Shown here in pieces: positions 29,384 to 39,616 of a stretch of DNA of 64,000 nt. This DNA is from a virus (Duplodnaviria; Caudoviricetes). Position 1 is the stretch's first letter; every line of letters begins with the position of its first letter. Both the position numbers and the translations under genes were made by a program. The DNA lies in IMG/VR virus record IMGVR_UViG_3300027898_000001; one strand, given 5' to 3'. The notes under the pieces were generated by a model. That model had not been told where the DNA came from. It was given only the letters and a program-made list of their open reading frames with translations, and made no database searches.

Positions 29384-31695
29384 TAGTGTTCTCCTACAAC
29401 TAATTTGGACACACCTTTATGCTTAATAACACGCCATATAGTTGTGTCTTCGTAAAGGTGTTCATCATTCGGTGTTATTAAAAACACATGGGGTACCACT
29501 TCACGCAAGAAAGGTAAGAACTTGTTTATGAATATATTGCGTGTAGCCTCATCCATGTGACTGTCCGGTTCGTCTAACACCACGAAATTAGTTCGGCGAG
29601 CAGGATCTACCATTAGCAGTAAGCTAAGCAAGAACAATAACTTAAATGAATCAGATTCTGCACCACTCATTAAACGAACATCTGTAGGTGCAGTACCATT
29701 ACCACGAGATACTTCGCAGAATATACCAGACTCTGTAGCGTATGTTCGGAACTGAAATGGTTCCGCAAATATTAATTCAGAATACTTGTTTAGATTAGAT
29801 TCCAACAACGCCATAATATCATTAGCAGCGTTTACTTTGATACCTTTTGCAGACCAAGCACGTTCAAGTGCTTTATACATATCCCGCTTAGCAAGTATTG
29901 GTTTAACTTCATCCAACTCTGCTTCTAATTCTTTGCGCTGACGTATTAGCGTAGTATATTCACCAAACATCAGATCAAGTTTAGATTTACGCTCCAACAT
30001 GACAGTGTATTTTTTACTAATACGCTTTAAATCTAAATCCAATGTTTCGAGACACGTTGTGGTATCAGCGTGTGTTTTATTGACGGACTTGTAAGTGTTA
30101 CCACCAACTTCATTCTCTAATTGGATGAATTCTTTCAAGGCACCAATCTGTTTCCGATAGTAAGAGGCGGACTTCTTAACAGTGGGTACTTCTTTAGGTT
30201 TACGAATATCTGCTTTAGATGCCAATACTTCTTTTATAGTCTTAGCATTATCAATACGTGTTTCTAGTTTCTCCAAACGCACAGTAAGTGCAGTTAACTT
30301 GGTAGATAACTCACTAACATCAATAACTGGTTCTAGTTTGGCTTTCAATTCTTTATAACGAGTAGCAAGTGCTTTGGCATCACGCACAGCCGTTAGTTCA
30401 TCAATGCGTTTTCTAGCTACACTGACAGACTTCTGTATTGCCTTAATATCTACAGACTGTTGGCAGGTTGGACACGTAGCACAATCTTTAGCATCGAGTA
30501 GGTCGCGTAATTTCAACGTAGTCTTGTACGCAGCTAAATCTTCATCCAATGTTTTAGGTACAACAATATCTTTAGGGCTATTAAAGCCTAGTGCAGTTAT
30601 TTCTTTACGAAGCTCAGTACACTGTTCCTCTATCTTTGCCATTCTATCATTGTGTACTTTGGCATCTTTAACAGCTTGTCGCAATGTATCGTGACGTGCT
30701 TCAAACTTTTTGTACTCGGTAATTAATGCTTTAATATCAGGTAGTTCACCCGTATAACACAGCTTATCCAATCTTGTTTTTATTTTAGCTGATTGTGTAT
30801 CGAATGTTTCTTTATCTCTCAGATAATATTCATAGGCTTCTGCGGCCTTCAATTTCTCGGTAAGTATTACTTTATCGAACTCTTTAATCTCACCACGCAT
30901 GTTCTCTAACTTAGTCAGAGACTTCAATAGAGTGCGAAGTCCAGCAAGTTCTGCAATCAACTCATTTTTACGATCAGATAATTGAGTGGACCGTTTAGAT
31001 ATTTTCTTTAACTTAGTAGATAGTTCATCATATTCAACACGAAGATCATTAGACCAATTTACTTTTCCAAGTCCAGTAGTAATACTCAGCATTTTAGATT
31101 CTAATACATCGAATCGAATTTGCTCTTCCTTAACTTTACCCAACATCATGGTAAAGTATTTCTTCATCTTGTCATAATCGTCAAGACGGAAGATAGAAGT
31201 AATGAATTTCAGACGTTCGGAAGGTTTATCAACTTGGAAGTGTACTCTTTGTCCTTGTATGCTGGACAAATAGGTGTAGGCATAAAACTCTTCCTCCGAT
31301 AGTGGGAATAGTTCTGCCATTTTAGCAATCTGGTGATCCATGCGGTGAACGTGCTGATCTTCACCATTGATATGGATGTTCCAGCCTTTGGTGTGCTGTG
31401 TGAATTGCACTTTACGACCATCTGCTGTTACGAATCGGAAGCCTATCTTGGAACCTTTGCTAATCATATCTTTCTTGCTGTTCTTCAACGTACTAGACGG
31501 TGCAGAAGAATAGCGGCAATTAGAAATAGCGCCGAACAACATAGACTTACCAGAACCATTACTTTGATTCTTTGATATGCGACTGTCTTTATTATGACCT
31601 GTAACAACAACAAGACCGTCGTTATCTGTTAGCGATACACGAACTGATTTGTACGGCTTAACATTGTGAAGTAATATTTCTGTACCGATTATCAT
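29383..31695 (-). CDS. sbcC: SbcC/Rad50-like SMC ATPase
   Basis: GSGKS, long coiled coil with CPTC zinc hook, signature MSGAE, Walker B VVLDE. Confidence 0.92.
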   Translation of the reverse strand: MIIGTEILLHNVKPYKSVRVSLTDNDGLVVVTGHNKDSRISKNQSNGSGKSMLFGAISNCRYSSAPSSTLKNSKKDMISKGSKIGFRFVTADGRKVQFTQHTKGWNIHINGEDQHVHRMDHQIAKMAELFPLSEEEFYAYTYLSSIQGQRVHFQVDKPSERLKFITSIFRLDDYDKMKKYFTMMLGKVKEEQIRFDVLESKMLSITTGLGKVNWSNDLRVEYDELSTKLKKISKRSTQLSDRKNELIAELAGLRTLLKSLTKLENMRGEIKEFDKVILTEKLKAAEAYEYYLRDKETFDTQSAKIKTRLDKLCYTGELPDIKALITEYKKFEARHDTLRQAVKDAKVHNDRMAKIEEQCTELRKEITALGFNSPKDIVVPKTLDEDLAAYKTTLKLRDLLDAKDCATCPTCQQSVDIKAIQKSVSVARKRIDELTAVRDAKALATRYKELKAKLEPVIDVSELSTKLTALTVRLEKLETRIDNAKTIKEVLASKADIRKPKEVPTVKKSASYYRKQIGALKEFIQLENEVGGNTYKSVNKTHADTTTCLETLDLDLKRISKKYTVMLERKSKLDLMFGEYTTLIRQRKELEAELDEVKPILAKRDMYKALERAWSAKGIKVNAANDIMALLESNLNKYSELIFAEPFQFRTYATESGIFCEVSRGNGTAPTDVRLMSGAESDSFKLLFLLSLLLMVDPARRTNFVVLDEPDSHMDEATRNIFINKFLPFLREVVPHVFLITPNDEHLYEDTTIWRVIKHKGVSKLVVGEH

Positions 31696-31697
31696 AA

Positions 31698-32192
31698 CTA
31701 GCTCTCATTTTCTGCAATGTATTTCTCAATAGCTGCAATCACGTAATGGTGTACTGGTGATTCTTTTTCGGATTTCATATCAGGCAACAAGCACATAAGC
31801 TGTCTGCGGAAATCACTAAAGTGTGTTTTAAAGAATTTTACATATTTGTCAGGAATAGCGTCGGCAGGCAATTCAGTGAGTATCCGAAAGAATCTACCAC
31901 GTACATCCAAATTACCTGATATATACGCACGTAACATAAATAGGTGAACTCTGCGGCGCTTAGCATCCAACAGACTTTCATCTATCTCAAACTTGTGTCC
32001 TGTTTCACGACAGTAATCACGATACACGGAAATAATATCGTGTACTTCTTTACGCATAAGCTCTATGTTATTCGGTACGTCCTGGTGCTTAGCATCGAAT
32101 GAACCGAAACGAGAAGACTTACCTACGATCTGAGATACTTCACCACATTCCTCACCTAAACAGGCAAGTAGGTGTTCTTTATAATCTAACAT
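31698..32192 (-). CDS. MazG-like NTP pyrophosphohydrolase domain protein
   Basis: LGEECGEVSQ..ELMRKEVHD (EExxE..ExxD). Confidence 0.75.
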   Translation of the reverse strand: MLDYKEHLLACLGEECGEVSQIVGKSSRFGSFDAKHQDVPNNIELMRKEVHDIISVYRDYCRETGHKFEIDESLLDAKRRRVHLFMLRAYISGNLDVRGRFFRILTELPADAIPDKYVKFFKTHFSDFRRQLMCLLPDMKSEKESPVHHYVIAAIEKYIAENES

Positions 32193-32502
32193 GTTCTGGT
32201 GCCTCGCAAATAAATTCTTTGTAGTTTTCAGAGCAGGTTTCTATATGTTGAATATTACCGACAGAGTTTGTTTTAAACATACCGATAGGTAAGAATGTTC
32301 GCTTAAACACGTTGTGCCACACACCAAAGCCAGAGAGTTTACCGTTGTGGTATTTGGAGGGACCACAAGCGCTGCAAAGTTTCTTACCTCGCAAGTGCTC
32401 TATACCTTCCCAACTAAAACTATCGAGACTATGTATGAAGCCTTGATTAGACACTGCGGTATTTTCAACACAACCGCAGTTTTCACATTGAAATAGCGAC
32501 AT
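32179..32502 (-). CDS. Zinc-finger hypothetical protein
   Basis: CENCGC and LCSACG Cys pairs. Confidence 0.55.
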   Translation of the reverse strand: MSLFQCENCGCVENTAVSNQGFIHSLDSFSWEGIEHLRGKKLCSACGPSKYHNGKLSGFGVWHNVFKRTFLPIGMFKTNSVGNIQHIETCSENYKEFICEAPEHVRL

Positions 32503-32504
32503 GA

Positions 32505-32747
32505 TTAATCCAGGTTCTTATCATCTGCAAATCGTTTGATAGCTTCCATTGCACGTAATTCAGTTGCAATAGTATTACTGTGATTGCCTGTTGTAGCGTG
32601 TGCAACAACATTTATGGCAGAGAAGTATGCTACACGATCTGGCAGCAGACAACGCGCAGCGAACCAAGATAGTTTATCGCGCATACGATAGAACGCAGTA
32701 GATGACTTAAACTTTAACACAAACAGCCAATGTTGTAATAAATACAT
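32505..32747 (-). CDS. Hypothetical protein
   Basis: 80-aa ORF in operon with SD GGAG. Confidence 0.5.
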   Translation of the reverse strand: MYLLQHWLFVLKFKSSTAFYRMRDKLSWFAARCLLPDRVAYFSAINVVAHATTGNHSNTIATELRAMEAIKRFADDKNLD

Positions 32748-32750
32748 AGA

Positions 32751-33899
32751 TTACTCCTGGGCATATTTTTCAATGGAGGCATGTAAAATGAAAGATTCTT
32801 GAACTGTACTACGATTGAAGTCCTGATTTGCTTCAACTAACACACGCAATAGTTTCATAACAGCGGCGAACTTTGGCTGTTCATATCCATTTTTCTTACA
32901 CACTTCATCGAATAGGCGAACGGTGTAAGATTGGAACTTGTTTGTTTTTGTGTGACGACCTACAAGGTTATCTGCGAGCCAGAGTGATTTAGATAAGAAG
33001 CCGCGCATGTTTTCAGTAGTGCGTAACACACCTACTGCGGCAGAGAATTTATTGGCAAGCATAAGAGCTACGAAGTTGGCTGATGCCTTATCTAAATCTA
33101 CTTCGCTGTTTTGTACATAAGCAGTAAGCACAGTCTTATCGCTAATATCACCACCACCTTGAATACCGAACAGTACAGTTTCTAACAAGGCTAGTGCTTC
33201 GCGCATACTGCCGTTGGTGAAATCTGCAATCATTTCTAATGCTTCTTTGCTACCTTTAATCTTAGCCAAGTTAGTACCTTCTTGTTCTGCAACTGTCATA
33301 AGCCTCTCAATGATCTGAGCCTTAGGAATTGTACGCATAACAAGGCGAACACAACGGTTCTTTAACGTAGCTTTCAAACCTTCAGGTTCAGTAGTACACA
33401 AAATCCAAATTGTATCTCTACTGGGTTCTTCTAATGGTACTAAAAGTGCCTCAGCACTAGCACCTGTAAGTTTATGTGCCTCATCCACGCAAATAACACG
33501 CTTATTAAACAAAGGACTTAGATTAGCACTTTTTACTAGCTTACGCATGGCATCTACACCACCATCGGTACCTGCGTTGACTACCTGCAAATCAGGATGC
33601 GATTCAACACCCATTTGACACGATGCACACTTACCACAAGCGTTATACGTTTCACAATTCAAATACGCAAATAACATACGGGCAGTAGTAGTCTTACCTC
33701 CGCCTGTTTGACCTTCAATAAGAATAGCACCAGGAAACTTGCGCGTCTTGAACATACCTTTAATTACAGTGACGACTGGATCTTGACCTACAAGGTCTTT
33801 AAACTTGCGTGGACGATATTTAACTGCTAATGACTGTGATATAACAATCTCTTTACTCTCTTTTTTCTTTGCACTCTTTTCTTTTGCCACAATATTCAC
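32751..33899 (-). CDS. dnaX: Clamp loader subunit, DNA Pol III gamma/tau-like (gamma length)
   Basis: KYRPRKFKDLVGQ, GQTGGGKTT, C4 zinc module, DEAH, LKNRC. Confidence 0.93.
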   Translation of the reverse strand: MNIVAKEKSAKKKESKEIVISQSLAVKYRPRKFKDLVGQDPVVTVIKGMFKTRKFPGAILIEGQTGGGKTTTARMLFAYLNCETYNACGKCASCQMGVESHPDLQVVNAGTDGGVDAMRKLVKSANLSPLFNKRVICVDEAHKLTGASAEALLVPLEEPSRDTIWILCTTEPEGLKATLKNRCVRLVMRTIPKAQIIERLMTVAEQEGTNLAKIKGSKEALEMIADFTNGSMREALALLETVLFGIQGGGDISDKTVLTAYVQNSEVDLDKASANFVALMLANKFSAAVGVLRTTENMRGFLSKSLWLADNLVGRHTKTNKFQSYTVRLFDEVCKKNGYEQPKFAAVMKLLRVLVEANQDFNRSTVQESFILHASIEKYAQE

Positions 33900-33902
33900 C
33901 TA

Positions 33903-34109
33903 TTATGCTATACAGCACCATTTCAAATCAATTAAACCTGCGTGAAAGCTATCTAAATCCGTAACACCAAGATCATTGGAATGTACTTGCAGATAACTAC
34001 CGTTACGTGTAATAGCAACACGCTCTGGAACATAATTATTTTCGCTACAAGTTATCTCATACAAGCCTACCTTAGTTGGTTGCTTTTTCGTAAACTTTAA
34101 GTCGACCAT
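33903..34109 (-). CDS. Hypothetical protein
   Basis: 68-aa ORF in operon. Confidence 0.5.
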   Translation of the reverse strand: MVDLKFTKKQPTKVGLYEITCSENNYVPERVAITRNGSYLQVHSNDLGVTDLDSFHAGLIDLKWCCIA

Positions 34110-34831
34110 TTCATTACATCTCCTATTTCTGTGTACGGTGTGTACATATTGTACAGTAGAGTATACACAATTGCTAAGAAATCAGGATCGGAGGGATCAT
34201 ACACCAAATCTGTATTTACTACAGATAATACAAGGTCACCTTTAGTACCAACATTAGGACGATAATCAGTATTGGCATATTGTCGTATTACACGTATATC
34301 TGCTTTTATTTTATTTACGCGATCTGTACTATCGGTGTGACGAACAGTGGACACTAAACCTTGCACCAATAAACTAACGTACTGCACTTCACGCAAGTAA
34401 CAGAATTCTGGTTTGAAAATATCAGTAGGTAATGTACTAGCTACCATCAGACACTGAGGATGTTTGTAGAAGCGCAGCTCGCCATCACGATATTCTAATT
34501 GATTGAATATTTTATATGATTGGATATTTTTAGTAAGGAACAGTAGACCGAGATGTTCAGGTACTTTAATCACGGTACCTTGTGTAGCTGTAGGTAGAAC
34601 TTGCAATATAGCAGCTTCTAGTATCTCCTGATCATCTAAAGACAAATCAGGAATAATGAAATATAATCCACTGTGTAGAATCTGAACTCTAACAGGGTCA
34701 TAGAGAAACTTAACTTTGTTTGGACACAACAAAGAAGTAGATTGGAGAGGTGCTGAATTTGAAATTAACGTATTGAACAGCAGTAGGCCATTAAACATTT
34801 TTGTTAGAAAAGACTGATCCACCGCTGTCAT
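34097..34831 (-). CDS. Hypothetical protein
   Basis: 244-aa ORF, SD AAGG. Confidence 0.6.
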   Translation of the reverse strand: MTAVDQSFLTKMFNGLLLFNTLISNSAPLQSTSLLCPNKVKFLYDPVRVQILHSGLYFIIPDLSLDDQEILEAAILQVLPTATQGTVIKVPEHLGLLFLTKNIQSYKIFNQLEYRDGELRFYKHPQCLMVASTLPTDIFKPEFCYLREVQYVSLLVQGLVSTVRHTDSTDRVNKIKADIRVIRQYANTDYRPNVGTKGDLVLSVVNTDLVYDPSDPDFLAIVYTLLYNMYTPYTEIGDVMKWST

Positions 34832-34844
34832 ACAATATACCTTA

Positions 34845-35828
34845 TTAGTTGTCGTTCAATGTTCTTTTACAGTGTTTGAATGTGTATTGCAGACCCTTTT
34901 CCACATCTTTCGGCAACTTTTTACCAGTAGCATGGTAAGCCACAGCTTCACAAAAGAATTCCTGATAACTCTTTAAACTATAAGTGGAAATATCAGGACG
35001 TTCCTCTGTTAATGCTGTAGTTGATGGCCACATATCTGCCAAAGTTTCCGTATCTTGCAACAACATCATATCAATATCATCGCGTGTCATGCGATGATTT
35101 CTACGAAAATAACCAATTACTTCTTTTAGTACTAAACTATCTGTATCATCTGCCATTTCTTTTTGAAAAGCACTAAGACCACCTTCGTACTCTACAACAG
35201 ACTTCCAAAGAAGGTCAAGTTGCTCACGTTTAATCTTAGATAGTTTTAAACGCTTCTGATACAACTTCAACCACTTAGCGCGTATTGGTTTAGGCACACA
35301 GCGATTAAACAGACCATGTGCGAATTCATGTGCAATCATGTACTCATTGTATTTAGTATCAGAAAATGCTTTAGGCATCAAGTGCATTTCATCTTGAATA
35401 TCTGTACCCTTAACTTTTGTTATATAGCAACCTACCATCTTACCTGCAGGTGGGTACAAATATATAGCATACAATGGTAAGAATGCAGTTGTAACATTCT
35501 TTTCATACCAATCAAACACTGTCTTCATAGCACCACTGAGTGCTTTCATATCTTTCTTTGGAATTTCAGTACAAATATGAATAGGACCAAAGCGTTTACT
35601 TTCCACAGTCTTAATAAATGGGCGTACCTTAACTTTGCAGTATGTGTCTGGTTTAGGGTTCTGCCCTAGGTTACACAACACCTGTTCTGGATCATACTCA
35701 ATAGTTTCAGGCTCATCAGCATGTAATGTACTTTCAAGAGTAGCACGAAAGCCACCAGCGAGTTTAACACATAGTTTGGCACGACCGCGATGGCGCGCAA
35801 TAAAATAATCACCAGATTCCAATTTCAT
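34845..35828 (-). CDS. Putative zincin-type metallopeptidase
   Basis: AHEFAHG (HExxH) with downstream QEFFCEAVAY third ligand. Confidence 0.6.
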   Translation of the reverse strand: MKLESGDYFIARHRGRAKLCVKLAGGFRATLESTLHADEPETIEYDPEQVLCNLGQNPKPDTYCKVKVRPFIKTVESKRFGPIHICTEIPKKDMKALSGAMKTVFDWYEKNVTTAFLPLYAIYLYPPAGKMVGCYITKVKGTDIQDEMHLMPKAFSDTKYNEYMIAHEFAHGLFNRCVPKPIRAKWLKLYQKRLKLSKIKREQLDLLWKSVVEYEGGLSAFQKEMADDTDSLVLKEVIGYFRRNHRMTRDDIDMMLLQDTETLADMWPSTTALTEERPDISTYSLKSYQEFFCEAVAYHATGKKLPKDVEKGLQYTFKHCKRTLNDN

Positions 35829-35829
35829 T

Positions 35830-36711
35830 TTAATATACCCGTTGTTTTAATATGCGTAGTAGTTGTATTTTCATTTTTGAAATAGCTTTTACTTGAATTT
35901 GTCGCACACGTTCTCTAGTGCGTTCTAAGATTTTACCAACATCATCCAAAGTAAGCTCATTACAATCTTCACCTAAACCGAAACGTAACATAATGACTGT
36001 TCTTTCAGAGTCGTTAAGCGAGTCTAAACATTGCGATATGGCAGTCTTTAGTAGTTCTCTATCCACAGTATCTTCCAAAGTCATTAGACTCTCGTCCTCC
36101 ACTGTATCGAATATAGAGGAAACTTCTTCCGCGTCAACAGTGGCAAGTATATTTTCAGAATACGTGTACGGTACTAATTCGAAGGTTCTCAAATCTTTTG
36201 GAGTAAAGTCTTCATCGAAATACTCGGCATAATCACTGGGCTTAGGATCATGTATGCCGCGCAAATATAACTTACGTTGAATACGTTTTACAGCCGCCAT
36301 ACTTCTAGTAACATGAATAGGCAATCGAATGGTGCTTTGAGTATTTTTACCCTCTCTGTCCATACTCTGCTTAATCCACCAAGTAGCGTATGTACTAAAC
36401 TGAAATGGCTTGCCAGTTTCTGGATTAACCATATCAGGATCGTATTTTTCAACAGCGTGAAGAAGTCCTAGATTACCCCACTGAATGCGATCTTCAATAT
36501 CTAAAATTGAAGTGTGTTGACTACGCATTGCCATTGCCATAACAAGTTTCAGGTTGTGTCGAATAACGCGGTTTCGGGCAGTTATGTCACCTGTCTTTGC
36601 TTTTCTAACAAGATCACAAACAACATCATTCGGCAGCAGATCAACAGTCTGCGCTTCCTTGTAGTAGTTCAATATGCCACTAGGTGTATTATTAATATCC
36701 ATTATCATCAC
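35830..36711 (-). CDS. Sigma70-family RNA polymerase sigma factor (RpoD/RpoS-like, no region 1.1)
   Basis: HNLKLV, QWGNLGLLHAVEKYD, FSTYATWWIKQ, IRLPIH, region 4 LTLDDVG..TRERVRQIQ. Confidence 0.93.
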   Translation of the reverse strand: MMIMDINNTPSGILNYYKEAQTVDLLPNDVVCDLVRKAKTGDITARNRVIRHNLKLVMAMAMRSQHTSILDIEDRIQWGNLGLLHAVEKYDPDMVNPETGKPFQFSTYATWWIKQSMDREGKNTQSTIRLPIHVTRSMAAVKRIQRKLYLRGIHDPKPSDYAEYFDEDFTPKDLRTFELVPYTYSENILATVDAEEVSSIFDTVEDESLMTLEDTVDRELLKTAISQCLDSLNDSERTVIMLRFGLGEDCNELTLDDVGKILERTRERVRQIQVKAISKMKIQLLRILKQRVY

Positions 36712-36723
36712 TCTATGTAGGTA

Positions 36724-37143
36724 TTACTGCCACAATTTCTTGCCATGCAAATCTGTAGTTCTACGCAACACAACTTTGTGCTTTCCAGTAAAATCTATAG
36801 CTGCAACAGTTCTAGCGCCTTTAAACTTAGTAGCTACTTTACTGTCAATAGAATAGCCAATAGGACTCTTTGACTTATCTAAAGCTAAATACCCAAACGA
36901 TTTAGACTTTGCTAAACCTTCTAATATGGTAAGAATTTCATCTGGGTAACATACTGCACGTTCAGCAGATGAAAGTGAATAGAATATAGTATTCACTCCA
37001 CCTTTACCTACTGTGAACGTATAATCCCCAGGTATTTTAATAAGCAGCTGCCATTGATGGCACTCGCACTGTACCTTTGTCAGCTGGTCATCTTCTTTTA
37101 ACAACAACTTAACCTTATTTAAAATATTCTTGTAAGGATTCAT
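36724..37143 (-). CDS. Hypothetical protein (likely start ATG 37143, MNPYK)
   Basis: ORF between the glycosyltransferase and sigma; SD AGGT. Confidence 0.55.
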   Translation of the reverse strand: MNPYKNILNKVKLLLKEDDQLTKVQCECHQWQLLIKIPGDYTFTVGKGGVNTIFYSLSSAERAVCYPDEILTILEGLAKSKSFGYLALDKSKSPIGYSIDSKVATKFKGARTVAAIDFTGKHKVVLRRTTDLHGKKLWQ

Positions 37144-37150
37144 TTTATAC

Positions 37151-38035
37151 CTACTTCTTTTTGAGCGATGCTGAAATAATCCTAGGGTAAGCGTAATCAC
37201 CCTGAATTAAATGGTGAACACGGCCTACAGCACGTTGATACATAACACGGGTAGATGAGGGTGAAGCAATGAGAGTATAGAAACTCTTTTGATAAGTGCC
37301 CGCATCTTTATAAATATCTGTCAAACCACCAACAGCTTTTTGCGTAGTAGTTTGTTCTAACTGAACTAGACAGTTTGTTATTACAACACCACCAGCTTGA
37401 GCTACTTGAACACCCATCGTAGAGTCTTCATTGATAGTGCCGTTAAACTGAATTGGGTTAGAGACTTTCAAGAAAAACACATTCATTGCTTTACGCAAGG
37501 GTCTGAAATTGTTTTTATTGATATTACCATTCCAACCACCTACGAAATCGCCACCTTGTGCAAATGCAAGAACATCTAAGTTGGCAGTTTCTAGGAATTT
37601 CAAATGCGCGGTAATCAGTCTATCCATATCAGTGACTTTAGTGCGCTTGTAAAAGCCTGTCTGATCTACCGATAGATAGAACACGGAGTAATCGTCATCC
37701 ATCACAACGATATAGTCCAAGCCCATTTTCTTTGCAACGTCGTACACAGCGTTACGTGCATAGACAACTGCATTAAATTTAACATCGTTGGTCATGAGGT
37801 CAAACTTGTTTACATACGCTTTCTTATCAAACGTCTTTACAGAATCGCCGTACAATTTTTTGTACTGTTTCAACGTAGGGTCTTGTGTATCGCATAGCAA
37901 ATAAAGATCGCCTGTGTACCCAGCTTTCTTCAATGTGGCAATTGTTATTTGCTGTTCAGGACGCTTATGTGTGAGAATAAATATGGCACACTTCTTTATA
38001 CTCGGCTTTGATTTGACTGCATTATTTTTGGCCAT
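37151..38035 (-). CDS. GT-A fold glycosyltransferase, GREB1-like/TET-associated type
   Basis: IFILTHKRP, YARNAVY, IVVMDDD, RKAMNVFF, GTINED, QKAVGGLTDIY. Confidence 0.75.
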   Translation of the reverse strand: MAKNNAVKSKPSIKKCAIFILTHKRPEQQITIATLKKAGYTGDLYLLCDTQDPTLKQYKKLYGDSVKTFDKKAYVNKFDLMTNDVKFNAVVYARNAVYDVAKKMGLDYIVVMDDDYSVFYLSVDQTGFYKRTKVTDMDRLITAHLKFLETANLDVLAFAQGGDFVGGWNGNINKNNFRPLRKAMNVFFLKVSNPIQFNGTINEDSTMGVQVAQAGGVVITNCLVQLEQTTTQKAVGGLTDIYKDAGTYQKSFYTLIASPSSTRVMYQRAVGRVHHLIQGDYAYPRIISASLKKK

Positions 38036-38852
38036 TTTTTACCATATCCATAATTTCGTCAGTTAGTTTGAGATAGCCATGCTCAATAGCTTTCTTGTGG
38101 TCAACTATTACAAGCGCACAATCTTCCATAAGTGACTGCACATTCTTAGGCGCATGAGCGTAGTATTCTGCAATGTTGGCAAAGTTAAACTTAGTGTGAC
38201 GTTCGGCTGCGGACATAAGGAACTCTTGAACGTCTTTAGGCAATCGGGCTTCTGCAATCGACTCTTTCAGTTCATTAGCCTTAGTCTTGTCGTAAATATC
38301 CGCAAGTTTAGGTTTCTTACCAGTCACTTCATACACAGGTGAAGCTAACTTGCGCACATATTTTTGTTCTGGTTCGGCTTCAATTGAGCGTCTAATAAGA
38401 TTCTGTACAGCACCATCAGAGAATCCTATTGTTTCAATATCAAATTCTTTTTTATCTAATTCGGCTAACAGCTTACCAAGCTTCTGATTATCAAATTCAC
38501 CACCGTGGTTGTTCGCCGCAATATTAGCCAACTTCTCAGTACGCAAATCCCAATCTACGATACGCAATGATACTTTAAATTTAGCACCGTTTGGACGCAT
38601 TACAAGTATATAACCTTGTTCTACAGTACCAAAATCGTCAACATGCTTTTCAGTAACGATTTTTGTTTTCTTATCGCCGAGAGTTTTTAGGCGCTGGTGC
38701 CCTGCAACAATCGTATTAGTACGTTTGTTGATAACAACACATGCCAGGTCGCCAAAAGTTCCAATTGAGCGATCTAGCGCTTGTAATTGTGCGCTAGATA
38801 TTTTTCTTGGATTATACTTGGCTTGATTGAAGTCTTTTAGTTTCAACATCAT
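38022..38852 (-). CDS. ParB/Sulfiredoxin N-terminal domain protein with conserved C-terminal domain
   Basis: YNPRKI, IVAGHQRL, LANIAANN; C-terminal AAERHTKFNFANIAEYYAHA. Confidence 0.8.
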   Translation of the reverse strand: MMLKLKDFNQAKYNPRKISSAQLQALDRSIGTFGDLACVVINKRTNTIVAGHQRLKTLGDKKTKIVTEKHVDDFGTVEQGYILVMRPNGAKFKVSLRIVDWDLRTEKLANIAANNHGGEFDNQKLGKLLAELDKKEFDIETIGFSDGAVQNLIRRSIEAEPEQKYVRKLASPVYEVTGKKPKLADIYDKTKANELKESIAEARLPKDVQEFLMSAAERHTKFNFANIAEYYAHAPKNVQSLMEDCALVIVDHKKAIEHGYLKLTDEIMDMVKNGQK

Positions 38853-39616
38853 TTAGTTCTCTTTTTCTTAATAGGCATTTGGGTGAATTGTGCCCATACG
38901 CGGCCATGATATAAACGAGGTCTACCGTTCTTATCTATCTTTACAGTGAAGCCTGGCCAGTCTTTAGCTAATTGCAAGAATCGAACATGACGACCTTGAC
39001 CTGCCAATGCTAAATCTGTAAGACCACCTTTCTGCTGCAAATGCGGAACTGTATCAATCAACTGTCTGTTGGCAATCATGGTGGTGCCACCAGAACTCAA
39101 CACTTGCAGAGCAAAGTCCGCATCATCAACAGTGCCTTTATTCCACTTAGCCTTCACATCGTTCTTTAATAAAATGCAAGAGCACGGGTTCTTGTTAATA
39201 CTAAAGTCAGTTGTTTGTGAGAATGCAAAGCTAGTATAGCGATGTGCGATCACAGATAAGTTCTTGTACGAATCAAATACCTTCTCCACTGCTAGTAAAG
39301 ATTTTTCGGCATGTATCTTCACGTTCTTACTATCTTGGCGCACCATGAAATGACGAATATCATCATCCATTTGCCAGTGTGCATCTTCATCCCGCGAGCG
39401 AGATAGTTTAAGCGCACTGTTTCTAGCAAACGGTAAACCAGCATCATCCTTTTTCAACTTATGCAAGTTAGCCTTATCGTAATACTTAGCATACTCTTTG
39501 TAGTCTTGCGGCTCTACTATGATGGTAAAATCAATACCACGCTTTTGCAAAGTTTGTGCTGTTAGACAATGACTGGCTCTGCCTTTTGATACAATGTAGA
39601 TAGGATACTTATTCAT
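38849..39616 (-). CDS. GT-A fold glycosyltransferase, GREB1-like/TET-associated type (start ATG 39616)
   Basis: YPIYIVSKGR, IIVEPQD, FARN, WQMDDD, GTVDDADF, QQKGGLTD. Confidence 0.78.
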   Translation of the reverse strand: MNKYPIYIVSKGRASHCLTAQTLQKRGIDFTIIVEPQDYKEYAKYYDKANLHKLKKDDAGLPFARNSALKLSRSRDEDAHWQMDDDIRHFMVRQDSKNVKIHAEKSLLAVEKVFDSYKNLSVIAHRYTSFAFSQTTDFSINKNPCSCILLKNDVKAKWNKGTVDDADFALQVLSSGGTTMIANRQLIDTVPHLQQKGGLTDLALAGQGRHVRFLQLAKDWPGFTVKIDKNGRPRLYHGRVWAQFTQMPIKKKRTK

